Below, in pieces: positions 19,356 through 29,037 of a stretch of 64,000 nt of DNA (its first letter is position 1; each line of letters begins with the position of its first letter). Where the stretch lies: assembly GCA_934129885.1 (NCBI GenBank), contig CAKOWU010000004.1, positions 857 to 64,856 of the forward strand, written 5' to 3'. The notes beneath the pieces are model-generated. The model did not search any database, was not told the DNA's origin, and saw nothing but the letters and a program-made list of their open reading frames with translations. Made by a program: the position numbers and the translations under genes. The DNA is from an uncultured Bacilli bacterium (GTDB taxonomy: Bacteria; Bacillota_I; Bacilli_A; RF39; UBA660).

Positions 19356-21086
19356 ATGAAAGAAACAATAAAAAATTTAAACTTCGCCTGGAAATATGCG
19401 AAAGGACAAAAGAAAAACATTATCTTATACTTAATTCTTAATGTTCTTTTAATGATAATTAGTATAATTGTACCAATAATAAGTGCCCAAATAATTATTC
19501 ATCTGACAAATAGTGAACTCACTAGACTTTTTTATCTGGCACTAGTCCTATTAATCGTTGAAATAACAAGAAACATTATAAGAACATTTGCTACCAAAAA
19601 TGTTCAAATAATATATAGAGAAGCATTTACTAAAATTCAAACCAGTTTAGGTAGTGAAATTTTAAAAATAAATAATCAAACTTTAAATAAACATGGCAGT
19701 GGTCTATTTATTCAGCGTCTTAACGTAGATACAAGTAGAATTTCCGACGTGTTTGGCAATTTAATTTGGTACCTATTACAAATAATGACCAGTATAGGTA
19801 TATTCGGCGCAATATTCATTATAAATAAAGTTATGTGTCTTTGTATAATTATTATGGTTTTAGTTATTTACTTAATAGAGAAAAAAGAAATAAATACTTA
19901 TAACGAAAATGATAAAGAATATAGAAAAGAAGCCGAAAAGATATCAGGCTTTACAAGCGAACTAGTAAGAGGTGCTACCGATATAAAAATGCTCAGTGCT
20001 GAAAATAGTTTTGTAAGTGCGCTAAATCATAAAATGAGAACATTTAACCAAAAAAAATATAAAATGCAAATGACCGAAAGAAAATACGAATTTCTAACCA
20101 GTAGCGTACGTGATTTAAACCTATTTGTACTTTTAATACTTTTTGTATTTATGATTTCTAACGGTTATCTAACTGTGGCATCTGCTCTTGTTATTTATAA
20201 CTATTTCCCAGAAACAACTAACGTCGCTACAAATATCGGTTATATGCTTAAATGTTTAAAAGACTTTAACCTTTCATCATCTAGAATAATAGAAATATTT
20301 AATAGTAAAGAATTTGAAAAAGAAAAATTTGGTACTAAACATTTAAACCATGTTGACGGTAAATTTGAATTTAAAAAGGTAGACTTCTCATTTGGAGAAA
20401 GCAAGGTGCTTAATAACCTAAATTTCAAAGTAAACCCTAATGAAACAGTCGCTTTTGTCGGTAAATCTGGTGCCGGTAAAACAACAATATTTAATCTTTT
20501 GTGTAAAATGTATGATGCAGATAAAGGTGAAATACTAATAGACGGTATTAACATAAACGAACTTGATAGAAAATCAGTACGAGATAACATTACAATAATT
20601 TCTCAAAATCCATATATATTTAACCTTTCGATAAGAGAAAATCTAAAATTAGTTAAAGAAGATTTAACCGAAGAAGAAATGATCGAGGCTTGCCATTTAG
20701 CCTGTTTAGATGAATTTATAAATAATCAAAAAGATAAATACGATACCGTAGTAGGAGAGGGCGGAGTAACCTTATCTGGTGGTCAAAGACAAAGGCTTGC
20801 TATTGCTAGAGCCCTCGTACAAAAGACAGAAATAATTCTCTTTGACGAAGCTACCAGTAGCCTAGACAACGAAACTCAAAAAGAAATAAGTCAGGCTATA
20901 AATAACCTAAAAGGAGAATATACCATTTTAATAATCGCTCATAGACTGTCAACCATAATAAATAGTGATAGAATACTAGTTGTAAATAATGGCCAAATAG
21001 AGGCCAGTGGTACCCACGAAGAACTGCTAAAACAAAGTGTCTTTTATAGAAAACTTTATAATACCGAATTAGAACAAAAAAAGTAG
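19356..21086 (+). CDS. ABC transporter, fused permease/ATP-binding protein (ABCB-type exporter)
   Basis: It has six predicted TM segments and an NBD with 'GKSGAGKTT', 'LSGGQRQRLAIARAL' and 'ILFDEATSSLD'. Confidence 0.85.
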   Translation: MKETIKNLNFAWKYAKGQKKNIILYLILNVLLMIISIIVPIISAQIIIHLTNSELTRLFYLALVLLIVEITRNIIRTFATKNVQIIYREAFTKIQTSLGSEILKINNQTLNKHGSGLFIQRLNVDTSRISDVFGNLIWYLLQIMTSIGIFGAIFIINKVMCLCIIIMVLVIYLIEKKEINTYNENDKEYRKEAEKISGFTSELVRGATDIKMLSAENSFVSALNHKMRTFNQKKYKMQMTERKYEFLTSSVRDLNLFVLLILFVFMISNGYLTVASALVIYNYFPETTNVATNIGYMLKCLKDFNLSSSRIIEIFNSKEFEKEKFGTKHLNHVDGKFEFKKVDFSFGESKVLNNLNFKVNPNETVAFVGKSGAGKTTIFNLLCKMYDADKGEILIDGININELDRKSVRDNITIISQNPYIFNLSIRENLKLVKEDLTEEEMIEACHLACLDEFINNQKDKYDTVVGEGGVTLSGGQRQRLAIARALVQKTEIILFDEATSSLDNETQKEISQAINNLKGEYTILIIAHRLSTIINSDRILVVNNGQIEASGTHEELLKQSVFYRKLYNTELEQKK

Positions 21087-21130
21087 AAGATACCTCCAAA
21101 AGGGTTTTCTACTTTTTAAGTATATATTAT

Positions 21131-22198
21131 TTATCTATATTTTATTGTCTTCCTTAATGTAGGACCTTGCTCGCTTGAATTATTATTCGTGTTCTCATCA
21201 GATTCTTCGTCAATTTCTGCCTTATCAAACGTCTTGTCATAGTCATAACGTGCTTGCTTAATCTCTTGGATAGCATTTTCTAAACATTCAAGTTCCTGCT
21301 CACTAAATATAACCTGCGGATACACAGAAAAAGTATATTTTCTAGCACTATCTTCTGGTAGTTCTTCCATAATACTACCCATAACCTCTAAATGCTCTTT
21401 TTTATTTGCATCTCTATTTAAATTAGGGATCCCTATAATTGCGACATATTCATTATTTAATTTTCCTGTAATATATCCAAATTTAACTTCTTTGCCATGA
21501 GTTTTAACTGTAAGTGCATCATTAAGTTTTTCAATTTCATTTACTGTATATCCAAGAGGTAATAGTTCCTCATGACGAATATGTATCTTTCTTATATTAC
21601 TACTATTCGCATCATTGGCTTCATACGTAATAACTTCTGGTTCAACTTGAACATCACTCTTATCGTTATTGTTCGCAGCAATTTCTTCCGCATTCTTACT
21701 ATCCGTATCCTCATTTATATTAACTTTCGCATCGCTTTGAATATTTTCATAGATAAAACTTTCATCTCTATTGTAAGAAACATCATCGTGATTTAAAGCC
21801 GTCGTAATCGCTCCAACGTATATAAGTGCATCAATTTGGCTTTTTAGTGACACAAACTTGTGCATCTCCTCACGACTCATGGGAATAAGTGCCTTGTTAA
21901 ATTCTGGACTTTTCATCATCTTCCTTTTCATATTTGCTCTATGTACGCACGCACCTAGTAAATTTACAATAGGAATAAATGTTATAACAGCTCCTAAAAA
22001 CTTCTTAACATCATTTGCCTTGCTAACCTTAAATTCAGCTATCTTTTGCTTTTCAAAATACTTATCCAAAAGCCTTTTGTCATACTTATATCCTTTGCTT
22101 GCAATATTCGTTAAACAGTCATACTTAGCGTTCATCTTTAAGGCTGCAGAAAAAATAACACTCGCAATTTCCATCGCAAGCCCCAATACTATATTCAT
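21131..22198 (-). CDS. Hypothetical membrane protein with an acidic C-terminus
   Basis: Two N-terminal TM helices are predicted. A likely start at 'MNIVLG' has a GGGGGAGG RBS. It is co-directional with the downstream HTH gene. Confidence 0.45.
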   Translation of the reverse strand: MNIVLGLAMEIASVIFSAALKMNAKYDCLTNIASKGYKYDKRLLDKYFEKQKIAEFKVSKANDVKKFLGAVITFIPIVNLLGACVHRANMKRKMMKSPEFNKALIPMSREEMHKFVSLKSQIDALIYVGAITTALNHDDVSYNRDESFIYENIQSDAKVNINEDTDSKNAEEIAANNNDKSDVQVEPEVITYEANDANSSNIRKIHIRHEELLPLGYTVNEIEKLNDALTVKTHGKEVKFGYITGKLNNEYVAIIGIPNLNRDANKKEHLEVMGSIMEELPEDSARKYTFSVYPQVIFSEQELECLENAIQEIKQARYDYDKTFDKAEIDEESDENTNNNSSEQGPTLRKTIKYR

Positions 22199-22303
22199 AC
22201 AAAATCCTCCCCCAGCAAAATTGCTAGGAAATATAATAACACATTTTAAAATAAAAAGCAAATTTTGATAAAAAAATTAAATTTCTTCTTTATATAATAT
22301 TAA

Positions 22304-22561
22304 TTACTTCCTTATATATTCATAAATATCTTCTACATCTGCATTCAAATATCCGCACCACTTATCAATAAGCAAAATGTCTATTTGCTGAGCCATCCCA
22401 TTCGCATGTTTCTTTATAGTCTTAAAATCCGTATCCGTCTCCAGCATAAACTTATTAATACTAATACCTTTATCCTTAAGCACTTTACCAAGTTTAAATA
22501 AACAATACCCGTTAGGCAAATCAACCCTAACAACTTCCTTTGAAACACCTTTTATCTGCAT
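22304..22561 (-). CDS. XRE/Cro-like helix-turn-helix transcriptional regulator
   Basis: The 85-aa protein carries the HTH-like segment 'ISINKFMLETDTDFKTIKKHANGMAQQIDILLIDKWCGYLNADVEDI'. Confidence 0.5.
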   Translation of the reverse strand: MQIKGVSKEVVRVDLPNGYCLFKLGKVLKDKGISINKFMLETDTDFKTIKKHANGMAQQIDILLIDKWCGYLNADVEDIYEYIRK

Positions 22562-22603
22562 ATATTCATCACCAAAATAATTTTACAAATAATATAGGGT
22601 TAT

Positions 22604-22632
22604 TGACTATTGGGTAATGTTCTTATATTATG
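22604..22632 (+). promoter_or_regulatory. Sigma-A-type promoter (TTGACT-17-TATTAT) for the TasA-signal surface protein gene
   Basis: The sequence 'TTGACTattgggtaatgttcttaTATTAT' sits about 70 nt upstream of the ATG at 22702. Confidence 0.5.
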
Positions 22633-22701
22633 AAGCCATAAAAACATAAAACGTAAATAAAAATCACATTTTAAAGGTACAACTCAAAGGAGAAGAGTAA
22701 A

Positions 22702-23714
22702 ATGAAAAAAATAAAAAGACATAGAAGGCATAAAAAAAGCTATATCTTAGTGTTTTCAGTACTTTGTGTCTTTTTTTGCTTGCGTCCGCCTATGCAGCCT
22801 TCACCGCAAACGTAAATATAACTGTTAAAGGTAACATCTCCAACATAACCGGTTATGAAATGCTAAGAAATAAATGCCAAAGTGCAAATAGCGACAACAT
22901 ATATAAAGACCCCTACGAAAACGAAAGATGCATATATAAAGGAAACGCCCCAAATAATTACTTTATATTTAATAATGAACCTTGGCGTATCATTGCCCTA
23001 GAACAAGACGGTACCATTAAAATCATAAAAAATACATCAGCCACCACCACAGTCAACTTTGACGATCGAAAAACAAATAGGTATAATGCTTCCGGCTGGT
23101 GTACCGATAAAAATGGCGGTAACATTTATGGTAGTTCAAACAATATCAAAGATAGTATCGGTAATAAAATAGACCATTTTGTAGTAGGTGGTGAAAATAT
23201 TGCCTTGCCAAACGTAGACTCGCTAGCTAAAGATTACCTAAATTCTACTGGCATCTATAGCACATCCGGCTGGTATAACAGCATAGATACTAACGATAAA
23301 GCCCTAATTGTAGAACATGATTTTAAAGTAGGACCCATTAATACCAGTGTAGGCAACGCAGTAGCTATCAGCGATCTTTCTCTTGATGACATCATAGCCA
23401 TGGAAAAAACATACCTATGGAGTGGGAAAGTCGGTCTAATAAACCCAAGCGGCTACCAAAAATCACTAATAAATGGTACAACATACCTCAACATTGAAAC
23501 AGAAGGTGCCACAAATCACTATTGGTACTGGGGCATAAACCCAATTACAAATGATCGTGGTGCCACCGTATCAGCCAATTTCGGCATAAGACATGGGTAC
23601 GTTTATTACGGCACAGGTTCCACCGTCGGCCTAGTTCCCGTAGTCTTCTTAAACGGAAATATCTACCTCACTGGAAAAGGCTCCAACGACAGCCCCTATA
23701 TAATAAGAAAATAA
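22702..23714 (+). pseudogene. Secreted protein with a TasA-like (SipW-type) signal peptide and a C-terminal 'NPNNY..WRII..DGT..IKN' domain. The reading frame is broken at a T7 run (22771-22777).
   Basis: An ATG at 22702 with an 'aaaggagaag' RBS encodes 'MKKIKRHRRHKKSYILVFSVLCVFF', a classical positively charged n-region plus h-region. The frame then terminates. A +1 T in the T7 run fuses it to the 22764 ORF, giving '...LLASAYAAFTANVNITVKG'. This parallels 'GYAAFSSTLKISG' in the ORF at 45914 and the TasA 'WA|AFND' cleavage region. Confidence 0.5.
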
Positions 23715-24146
23715 ATGTGACTCCAAACCAGTGTTCTTAAATCTTTCCAAAAAATCATAGACACGATACTAATAATGTATGGCGTGATTAGGTCGTGTCT
23801 CACCATATATTTGCTTTAACCACACCAAAATCCAAAGCATCCTAAATTTAAAATAAATATCCAAAAGGAACTCCGCAAAATAAAAAGCCTAAATACGATT
23901 ATAACTTCGCAGTTAAGTCCTATCACTCGAAAAATATGCAAAAAATCAAACCAGAAAGAATAGTGTTCGCTATTAAATAAAATGATGTCTAAAAAAACTA
24001 TCGGTAACTGGTAGAACACAATAGGTGTGTAGGTATAAAGAACCCCATCACACTACCAGATAAAATATCATAATCTAATATCAGTTTTAATATAAATGTG
24101 CCAGTGTCTTGTTCCAAAACAAAAATTTAAATTTTTTCAAAAAAAA

Positions 24147-24187
24147 GAAGTAAAATGTCCCACTCGCGTTGTATATTACTAGTGAGG
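24147..24187 (+). promoter_or_regulatory. Copy 1 of a conserved 41-bp motif (GAAGTAA..TG.CCCACT..CGTTGTATATTACTAGTGAGG). Its 3' arm is the comEA Shine-Dalgarno sequence.
   Basis: It is 36/41 identical to 44671-44711. It forms a bulged hairpin, CCCACT/AGTGaGG, with a 16-nt loop. Confidence 0.5.
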
Positions 24188-24913
24188 AGGGATATTATCA
24201 AAAATATAATATTGAAATATAAAATACCAATCATCATATTGGTTGCCCTAGCGGGCTTAATAATAGCCAGTTTTTATACTACAAAAACAAACGAAGAAAG
24301 TGAGGTGATAATCGAAAATGAAACTAAAACCCCAAAACAAAAAGTGGCTACTGACAAAATCAAAGTAGATATCAAAGGTGAAGTAATAAATGCAGGAGTT
24401 TATGAACTAAAAACAGGTTCCAGAGTTATGGATCTAGTAGAAAAAGCCGGCGGTTTAACCGAAAACGCTAACACCGAACTTATAAACCTAAGTAAAAAAA
24501 TAAAAGACGAAAATGTCGTAATAATCTATTCCAAAAAACAAGTTGAAACGATTAAAGCAAATAGTAAGCAAAAAACCTCATTCAAAGAAATATGCGACTG
24601 TCCAGACGTAAACGATGCTTGCATAAAAGAAGAAGACGTTGTTGCAAATACTGCAAAAAAAGAAAATAAATCCTCATCATCAAAAATCACCAAAGAAAGT
24701 GCTAGCGCCGAAACTACCACTGGTAAAATCAACATAAACACAGCTAGTAGCGAAGAACTAGAAACGCTAAACGGAATAGGGCAGACTAGAGCATCCGCCA
24801 TCATCGAATATCGTGAAAAAAACGGTAACTTCAGCACCATAGAAGATATCAAAAACGTCCAAGGCATTGGAACCGCCCTATATGACAAAATCAAAGATAA
24901 CATTACTGTTTAG
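24155..24913 (+). CDS. comEA: Competence protein ComEA (membrane-anchored DNA receptor with SLBB and HhH domains). The exact start is uncertain.
   Basis: A TM segment is followed by 'KVDIKGEVINAGVYEL' (SLBB). The C-terminus 'ININTASSEELETLNGIGQTRASAIIEYREKNGNFSTIEDIKNVQGIG' is the helix-hairpin-helix. A GGAGG SD sits at 24186-24190. Confidence 0.8.
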   Translation: MSHSRCILLVRRDIIKNIILKYKIPIIILVALAGLIIASFYTTKTNEESEVIIENETKTPKQKVATDKIKVDIKGEVINAGVYELKTGSRVMDLVEKAGGLTENANTELINLSKKIKDENVVIIYSKKQVETIKANSKQKTSFKEICDCPDVNDACIKEEDVVANTAKKENKSSSSKITKESASAETTTGKININTASSEELETLNGIGQTRASAIIEYREKNGNFSTIEDIKNVQGIGTALYDKIKDNITV

Positions 24914-26960
24914 CATACTTCTTACTATCTATGCACTCATCTGCCTTATCATAAATATAAACAAAACGCCGCATTCCATCTATAAAGAAGGTACCTATAC
25001 CATAAAAGGTATTGTAAAAAAATGTATCACCAAAGAAGATAAAACCACAATCACCTTATCTTCTAAAGAAAACATACTTATAAATGATTATAACGCATCA
25101 AAATGTCATCTAGGAAGCATGGTGAAGGCTACTGGAAAATTGCAAAAGCCAAATAATAATACCGTATTTAATACATTTAACTACCGTAGATACCTTTATA
25201 GCCAGCACATAAACTACATTATGACCGTGGATAAAATAACCTTCTTACCATCCAAACCAAGCATCCTCTATAGTGCCCAGAACGCCATAAGAGGCCATAT
25301 CAAAAATTACCAAACAAAAAATTACCTCGAAACTTTTATCCTAGGTGACAAAAGCGATATCGATGCCGAAGTCATGAATAGTTATCAAAATAACGGCATA
25401 AGCCATCTGTTATCCATATCGGGAATGCATATAAGCCTACTTTCATTAATAATTCTTTTTGCCTTAAATAAAATATCCAAAAGGAAAATAATAAACTACC
25501 TTCTAGTTATAGTGTGCCTAGTATCATATGCCACCTTAACAGGTCTCTCACCACCAGTCGCCAGAGCAACCCTTTTATTTATAGCCCTAACCATAAACAA
25601 AACATTTGACTTAAAAATCAAAACCATATACCTGCTCATAATCATCTGTGACATCACCATAATATATAATCCTTATATAATATATAACATTGGCTTCCAG
25701 TTTTCCTACATAGTGTCTTTCTATCTTATATTGTTTCAAAAACTAATAGAAGCAAAAAAAGACTACATAACCAAAACATTTTTAATATCATTTATCGCCT
25801 TTCTAGCAGGCATTCCTATAATGATAATCAACTTTCACCAAATAAATCTGCTTTCACCCTTAATTAATGTAATCTTTGTACCATTAGTCTCCGTCATTAT
25901 CTTCCCATTATCACTCATCACCCTCATCATCCAACCACTAGATTTGCCCCTCAAAATCATCATCGAATGCACTGAACAAATATCATTAAGCATCGCTGCT
26001 GTCGATAATTTTAACATCATACTAAAACACATAAACCTTATTATCGTCGCTGCATATTATCTTGTCATTACCGGCACTTTATATTGCCTTGTAAAAAGAC
26101 AAATACGCGGTCTTGTAATCCTTTCGTTAATGCTTTTTGCCCACACCAATATAAATTATTTAAACCCATATCCATTCATAACCATGATTGATGTAGGGCA
26201 AGGGGATAGTCTTTTGCTTTCATTGCCGCATAACAAAGGAAACATCTTAATCGATACTGGTGGTACCGCAAACTTCCGAAATAGTTTTAAAAATCAAAAT
26301 AAAAAATTCACTGGTACCATCGCTACAAACACAATTAACTATCTAAAAAGTGAAGGCATAAAAGAAATAAACTATCTCATAATAACCCATGGTGACTTCG
26401 ACCACATAGGAGAAGCCGAGAACCTCATAAATAATTATAAGATTAAAAACATAATACTAAACTCACACCAAAACAATAGCCTAGAAGACGCAGTAGTAAA
26501 TCTTGCCCATAAAAAACATATCCCATGTAAAAATATAAATGAAGGTTATTTAAAAATAAATAAATACAAACTTAAATTTTTAAAAAGTAATTCGCAAACT
26601 GAAAATGAAGATAGTCTTATTATTTATACAAAAATGAATAACCAGAATATATTATTAATGGGAGATGCAGGAGAAGAAAGAGAAAAATATATTTTAAAAG
26701 AATATAATTTACCCAAAATGGATATATTAAAAGTAGGACACCATGGGTCTAAACATTCCACATCTCCAAGGTTTGTAAACCAGATAGAGCCTAAGATATC
26801 ATTAATATCCGCAGGCCGTAATAACTTATATGGTCACCCCCATAAAGAACTACTCGCAAGGTTAGAAGATAGTAAACTTCTAATTACCCAAATAGATGGT
26901 TCTGTAAAAATTGTATTAAAAAAAAGAACCATCTATTACACATGCCCGCTAATGCGTTAG
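24882..26960 (+). CDS. comEC: DNA internalization competence protein ComEC/Rec2
   Basis: It is a polytopic membrane protein with the competence domain 'ISHLLSISGMHISLL' and a C-terminal metallo-beta-lactamase motif, 'ITHGDFDHIGEAENL'. It overlaps the comEA 3' end. Confidence 0.85.
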   Translation: MTKSKITLLFSILLTIYALICLIININKTPHSIYKEGTYTIKGIVKKCITKEDKTTITLSSKENILINDYNASKCHLGSMVKATGKLQKPNNNTVFNTFNYRRYLYSQHINYIMTVDKITFLPSKPSILYSAQNAIRGHIKNYQTKNYLETFILGDKSDIDAEVMNSYQNNGISHLLSISGMHISLLSLIILFALNKISKRKIINYLLVIVCLVSYATLTGLSPPVARATLLFIALTINKTFDLKIKTIYLLIIICDITIIYNPYIIYNIGFQFSYIVSFYLILFQKLIEAKKDYITKTFLISFIAFLAGIPIMIINFHQINLLSPLINVIFVPLVSVIIFPLSLITLIIQPLDLPLKIIIECTEQISLSIAAVDNFNIILKHINLIIVAAYYLVITGTLYCLVKRQIRGLVILSLMLFAHTNINYLNPYPFITMIDVGQGDSLLLSLPHNKGNILIDTGGTANFRNSFKNQNKKFTGTIATNTINYLKSEGIKEINYLIITHGDFDHIGEAENLINNYKIKNIILNSHQNNSLEDAVVNLAHKKHIPCKNINEGYLKINKYKLKFLKSNSQTENEDSLIIYTKMNNQNILLMGDAGEEREKYILKEYNLPKMDILKVGHHGSKHSTSPRFVNQIEPKISLISAGRNNLYGHPHKELLARLEDSKLLITQIDGSVKIVLKKRTIYYTCPLMR

Positions 26961-27498
26961 CGTTTAAATATAGATGTCTCTTGGTGCAGATAGAATTTTA
27001 TCATCCGAGAGGCTTTTTCATTGCCTATTTTTAAGGACAGGAACATCACCATTTCATTTTTGTCATGGCTCACCAACAAATATTAAATAAATGAAACCCT
27101 AAATACCCACATCTTCAAAAACAAAGTTATAAAATAAATGACATCACCAGTAAATATATAAGCAAAAGTTCAAAAAAACATAAAACTAGACCTAAACAAT
27201 AAAATAATAATATTGCCTGAACTAAATGAAGTCAAAATAAGAGGCTATCGTAATCTAAAACATATAAGCAGAACTATAAAAAACAAATAAATATTTTATT
27301 AGCGCCTTAGTGGCCCACCAAATATATTGGTACCAAAAATCACACCACATCCATAGTTGGAATAGAACTAAGGGATTAAAAATATAATAATATATTCTAA
27401 TAACAAAAAAACAAATTATAATAGAAGTTGTCCCAATCTATACTAGTCTGTGAAGCCCCTTAAGAAACAGAAAAAACTTAGTATCCCTTGCTCATCTA

Positions 27499-27530
27499 TT
27501 GTAGCTTATTTAGCTCATTCGTGGTATAAT
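27499..27530 (+). promoter_or_regulatory. Strong sigma-A promoter with extended -10 (TTGTAG-17-TGgTATAAT)
   Basis: The sequence 'TTGTAGcttatttagctcattcgTGGTATAAT' ends 16 nt upstream of the GTG at 27546. Confidence 0.5.
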
Positions 27531-27545
27531 GTCTATGAAGAAAAG

Positions 27546-28094
27546 GTGAATGCGGTGAATTATTTAGTAAACGAGATCAAAAAAATGCAAGGTACAGTTT
27601 TAGGAATTGGCATAACTGATGAGAAACTAAAATATGCTATAAAAAGTAATAGCAATATACTGAGTTTTGAATTATTAGAAGAACCAAAAAGCAAGATTTT
27701 TAATCCTAAAAAATTCAAAACAGAAAAATGCAAAAAAAGACAAAAAAAAGTTAATATCAAGAAAATAAGAAAAAGATACAAAAAGAAAAGGATCGATAAT
27801 ATTATATGTGGCTACAAAAATGTATCCAAGTTTACCAAAACATTCGTAAGAGATAGCATATATATAAATAAGGGTTATTTATATATGTATGGCTCAAAAG
27901 AAGAACTAGAAAACATAAAAGAAAAATATGCAAGGTATACAACTGATATTAAACTCGTTAAAGAAAAAAACATATACATATTAGTGGTAAATAATTCTAA
28001 TACTAAAAATAATAAATTAAAAGATATCGCTTATTGGTGGAAAGACACCGTAACAGACGCCCTTGATTTTTTAACAATTTTATTAGCAAATTAG
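27546..28094 (+). CDS. Hypothetical, highly basic (Lys/Arg-rich) protein
   Basis: It has a GTG start and a gaaaagg RBS. The central 'KKFKTEKCKKRQKKVNIKKIRKRYKKKR' is strongly basic. No family was recognised. Confidence 0.4.
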   Translation: MNAVNYLVNEIKKMQGTVLGIGITDEKLKYAIKSNSNILSFELLEEPKSKIFNPKKFKTEKCKKRQKKVNIKKIRKRYKKKRIDNIICGYKNVSKFTKTFVRDSIYINKGYLYMYGSKEELENIKEKYARYTTDIKLVKEKNIYILVVNNSNTKNNKLKDIAYWWKDTVTDALDFLTILLAN

Positions 28095-28201
28095 CATAAA
28101 ATGTTCTTGACTTTTAAAAGAAAGTATAGTATTCTTTAATCGAGGACACAGAAAAGTGTTTTTTATTTGAAGTTTTCATAAAACAAAAGTAGGTGATATA
28201 A

Positions 28202-28390
28202 ATGAATAAAATAAAACAGTTTTTCGCAGGCGTAAAAAAAGAAATGAAAAGGGTAATGTGGCCTAAAAAAAAGAATATGATTAAATATTCAGTAGCAATG
28301 CTTGTTTGCATAGTTTTTTTAGGAATATTCTTTGTATGTTCAGATCTTATAATCGCTGGCGTTAGAACGGCTATGGAGGGACTTAAATAA
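28202..28390 (+). CDS. secE: Preprotein translocase subunit SecE
   Basis: It is 62 aa with a single C-terminal TM. 'FFAGVKKEMKRVMWP' is typical, and it sits immediately 5' of nusG. Confidence 0.8.
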   Translation: MNKIKQFFAGVKKEMKRVMWPKKKNMIKYSVAMLVCIVFLGIFFVCSDLIIAGVRTAMEGLK

Positions 28391-28914
28391 TGGAAAAAGA
28401 ATGGTATGTAGTAAATACTTATTCAGGGCACGAAAATAAAGTAAAAGAAAGATTAGAAATGCGTGCTAGTTCAACAGGCATGGAGGACTATATTTTAAGA
28501 GTTGTAGTTCCTGAAAAAAAAGAAATTGACGAAAATGGAAAAGAAAGAGTTAAAAAAATATTCCCGGGCTACATTTTAGTAGAAATGATAATGACAGACG
28601 AAGCGTGGTTTGTTGTTCGAAATACCCCTGGTGTGACTGGATTTATCGGTTCGTCTGGTAAGGGAGCCAAACCATTTCCATTAACATCATCAGAAGTAGA
28701 TAATATTCTAGGTACAATGGGAATGAGTAGACTTGACGTTGAAACAGAACTTAAAGTTGGTACTAAAGTAGAAGTTGTAGATGGACCATTTGCAAATATG
28801 CTAGGGACCATTAAATCAGTTGATGTTGAAAATTCAAAATTAGAAGTAGCACTAGATTTATTCGGACAAGAAACCATTGTAGAATTAAATTTATCACAAA
28901 TTTCTAAAGCATAA
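28390..28914 (+). CDS. nusG: Transcription termination/antitermination factor NusG
   Basis: The NGN domain 'KEWYVVNTYSGHENKV' and a C-terminal KOW motif are present. Confidence 0.9.
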   Translation: MEKEWYVVNTYSGHENKVKERLEMRASSTGMEDYILRVVVPEKKEIDENGKERVKKIFPGYILVEMIMTDEAWFVVRNTPGVTGFIGSSGKGAKPFPLTSSEVDNILGTMGMSRLDVETELKVGTKVEVVDGPFANMLGTIKSVDVENSKLEVALDLFGQETIVELNLSQISKA

Positions 28915-29037
28915 GTTTACAAATAAAAAAAAATATGATATTATTAAAGGGCTATATTTTTGAATATAGATATAAGTGGGAGCGCCGATGCATTATGACC
29001 ACTCGCGAAAAAGTAAAATATATAGGAGGTGTTTTTC

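Noticed and set aside
23715-24146. Possible small RNA or small ORFs in the 430-bp gap upstream of comEA
   Set aside because: I found only weak hairpins (GACACGA..TCGTGTC; CTGGTAG..CTACCAG), with no convincing promoter-terminator pair or coding signal.
28095-28201. Missing rpmG (L33) expected upstream of secE
   Set aside because: There is no ~50-aa Cys-containing ORF here, only a TTGACT-16-TATTCT promoter. rpmG is presumably elsewhere.
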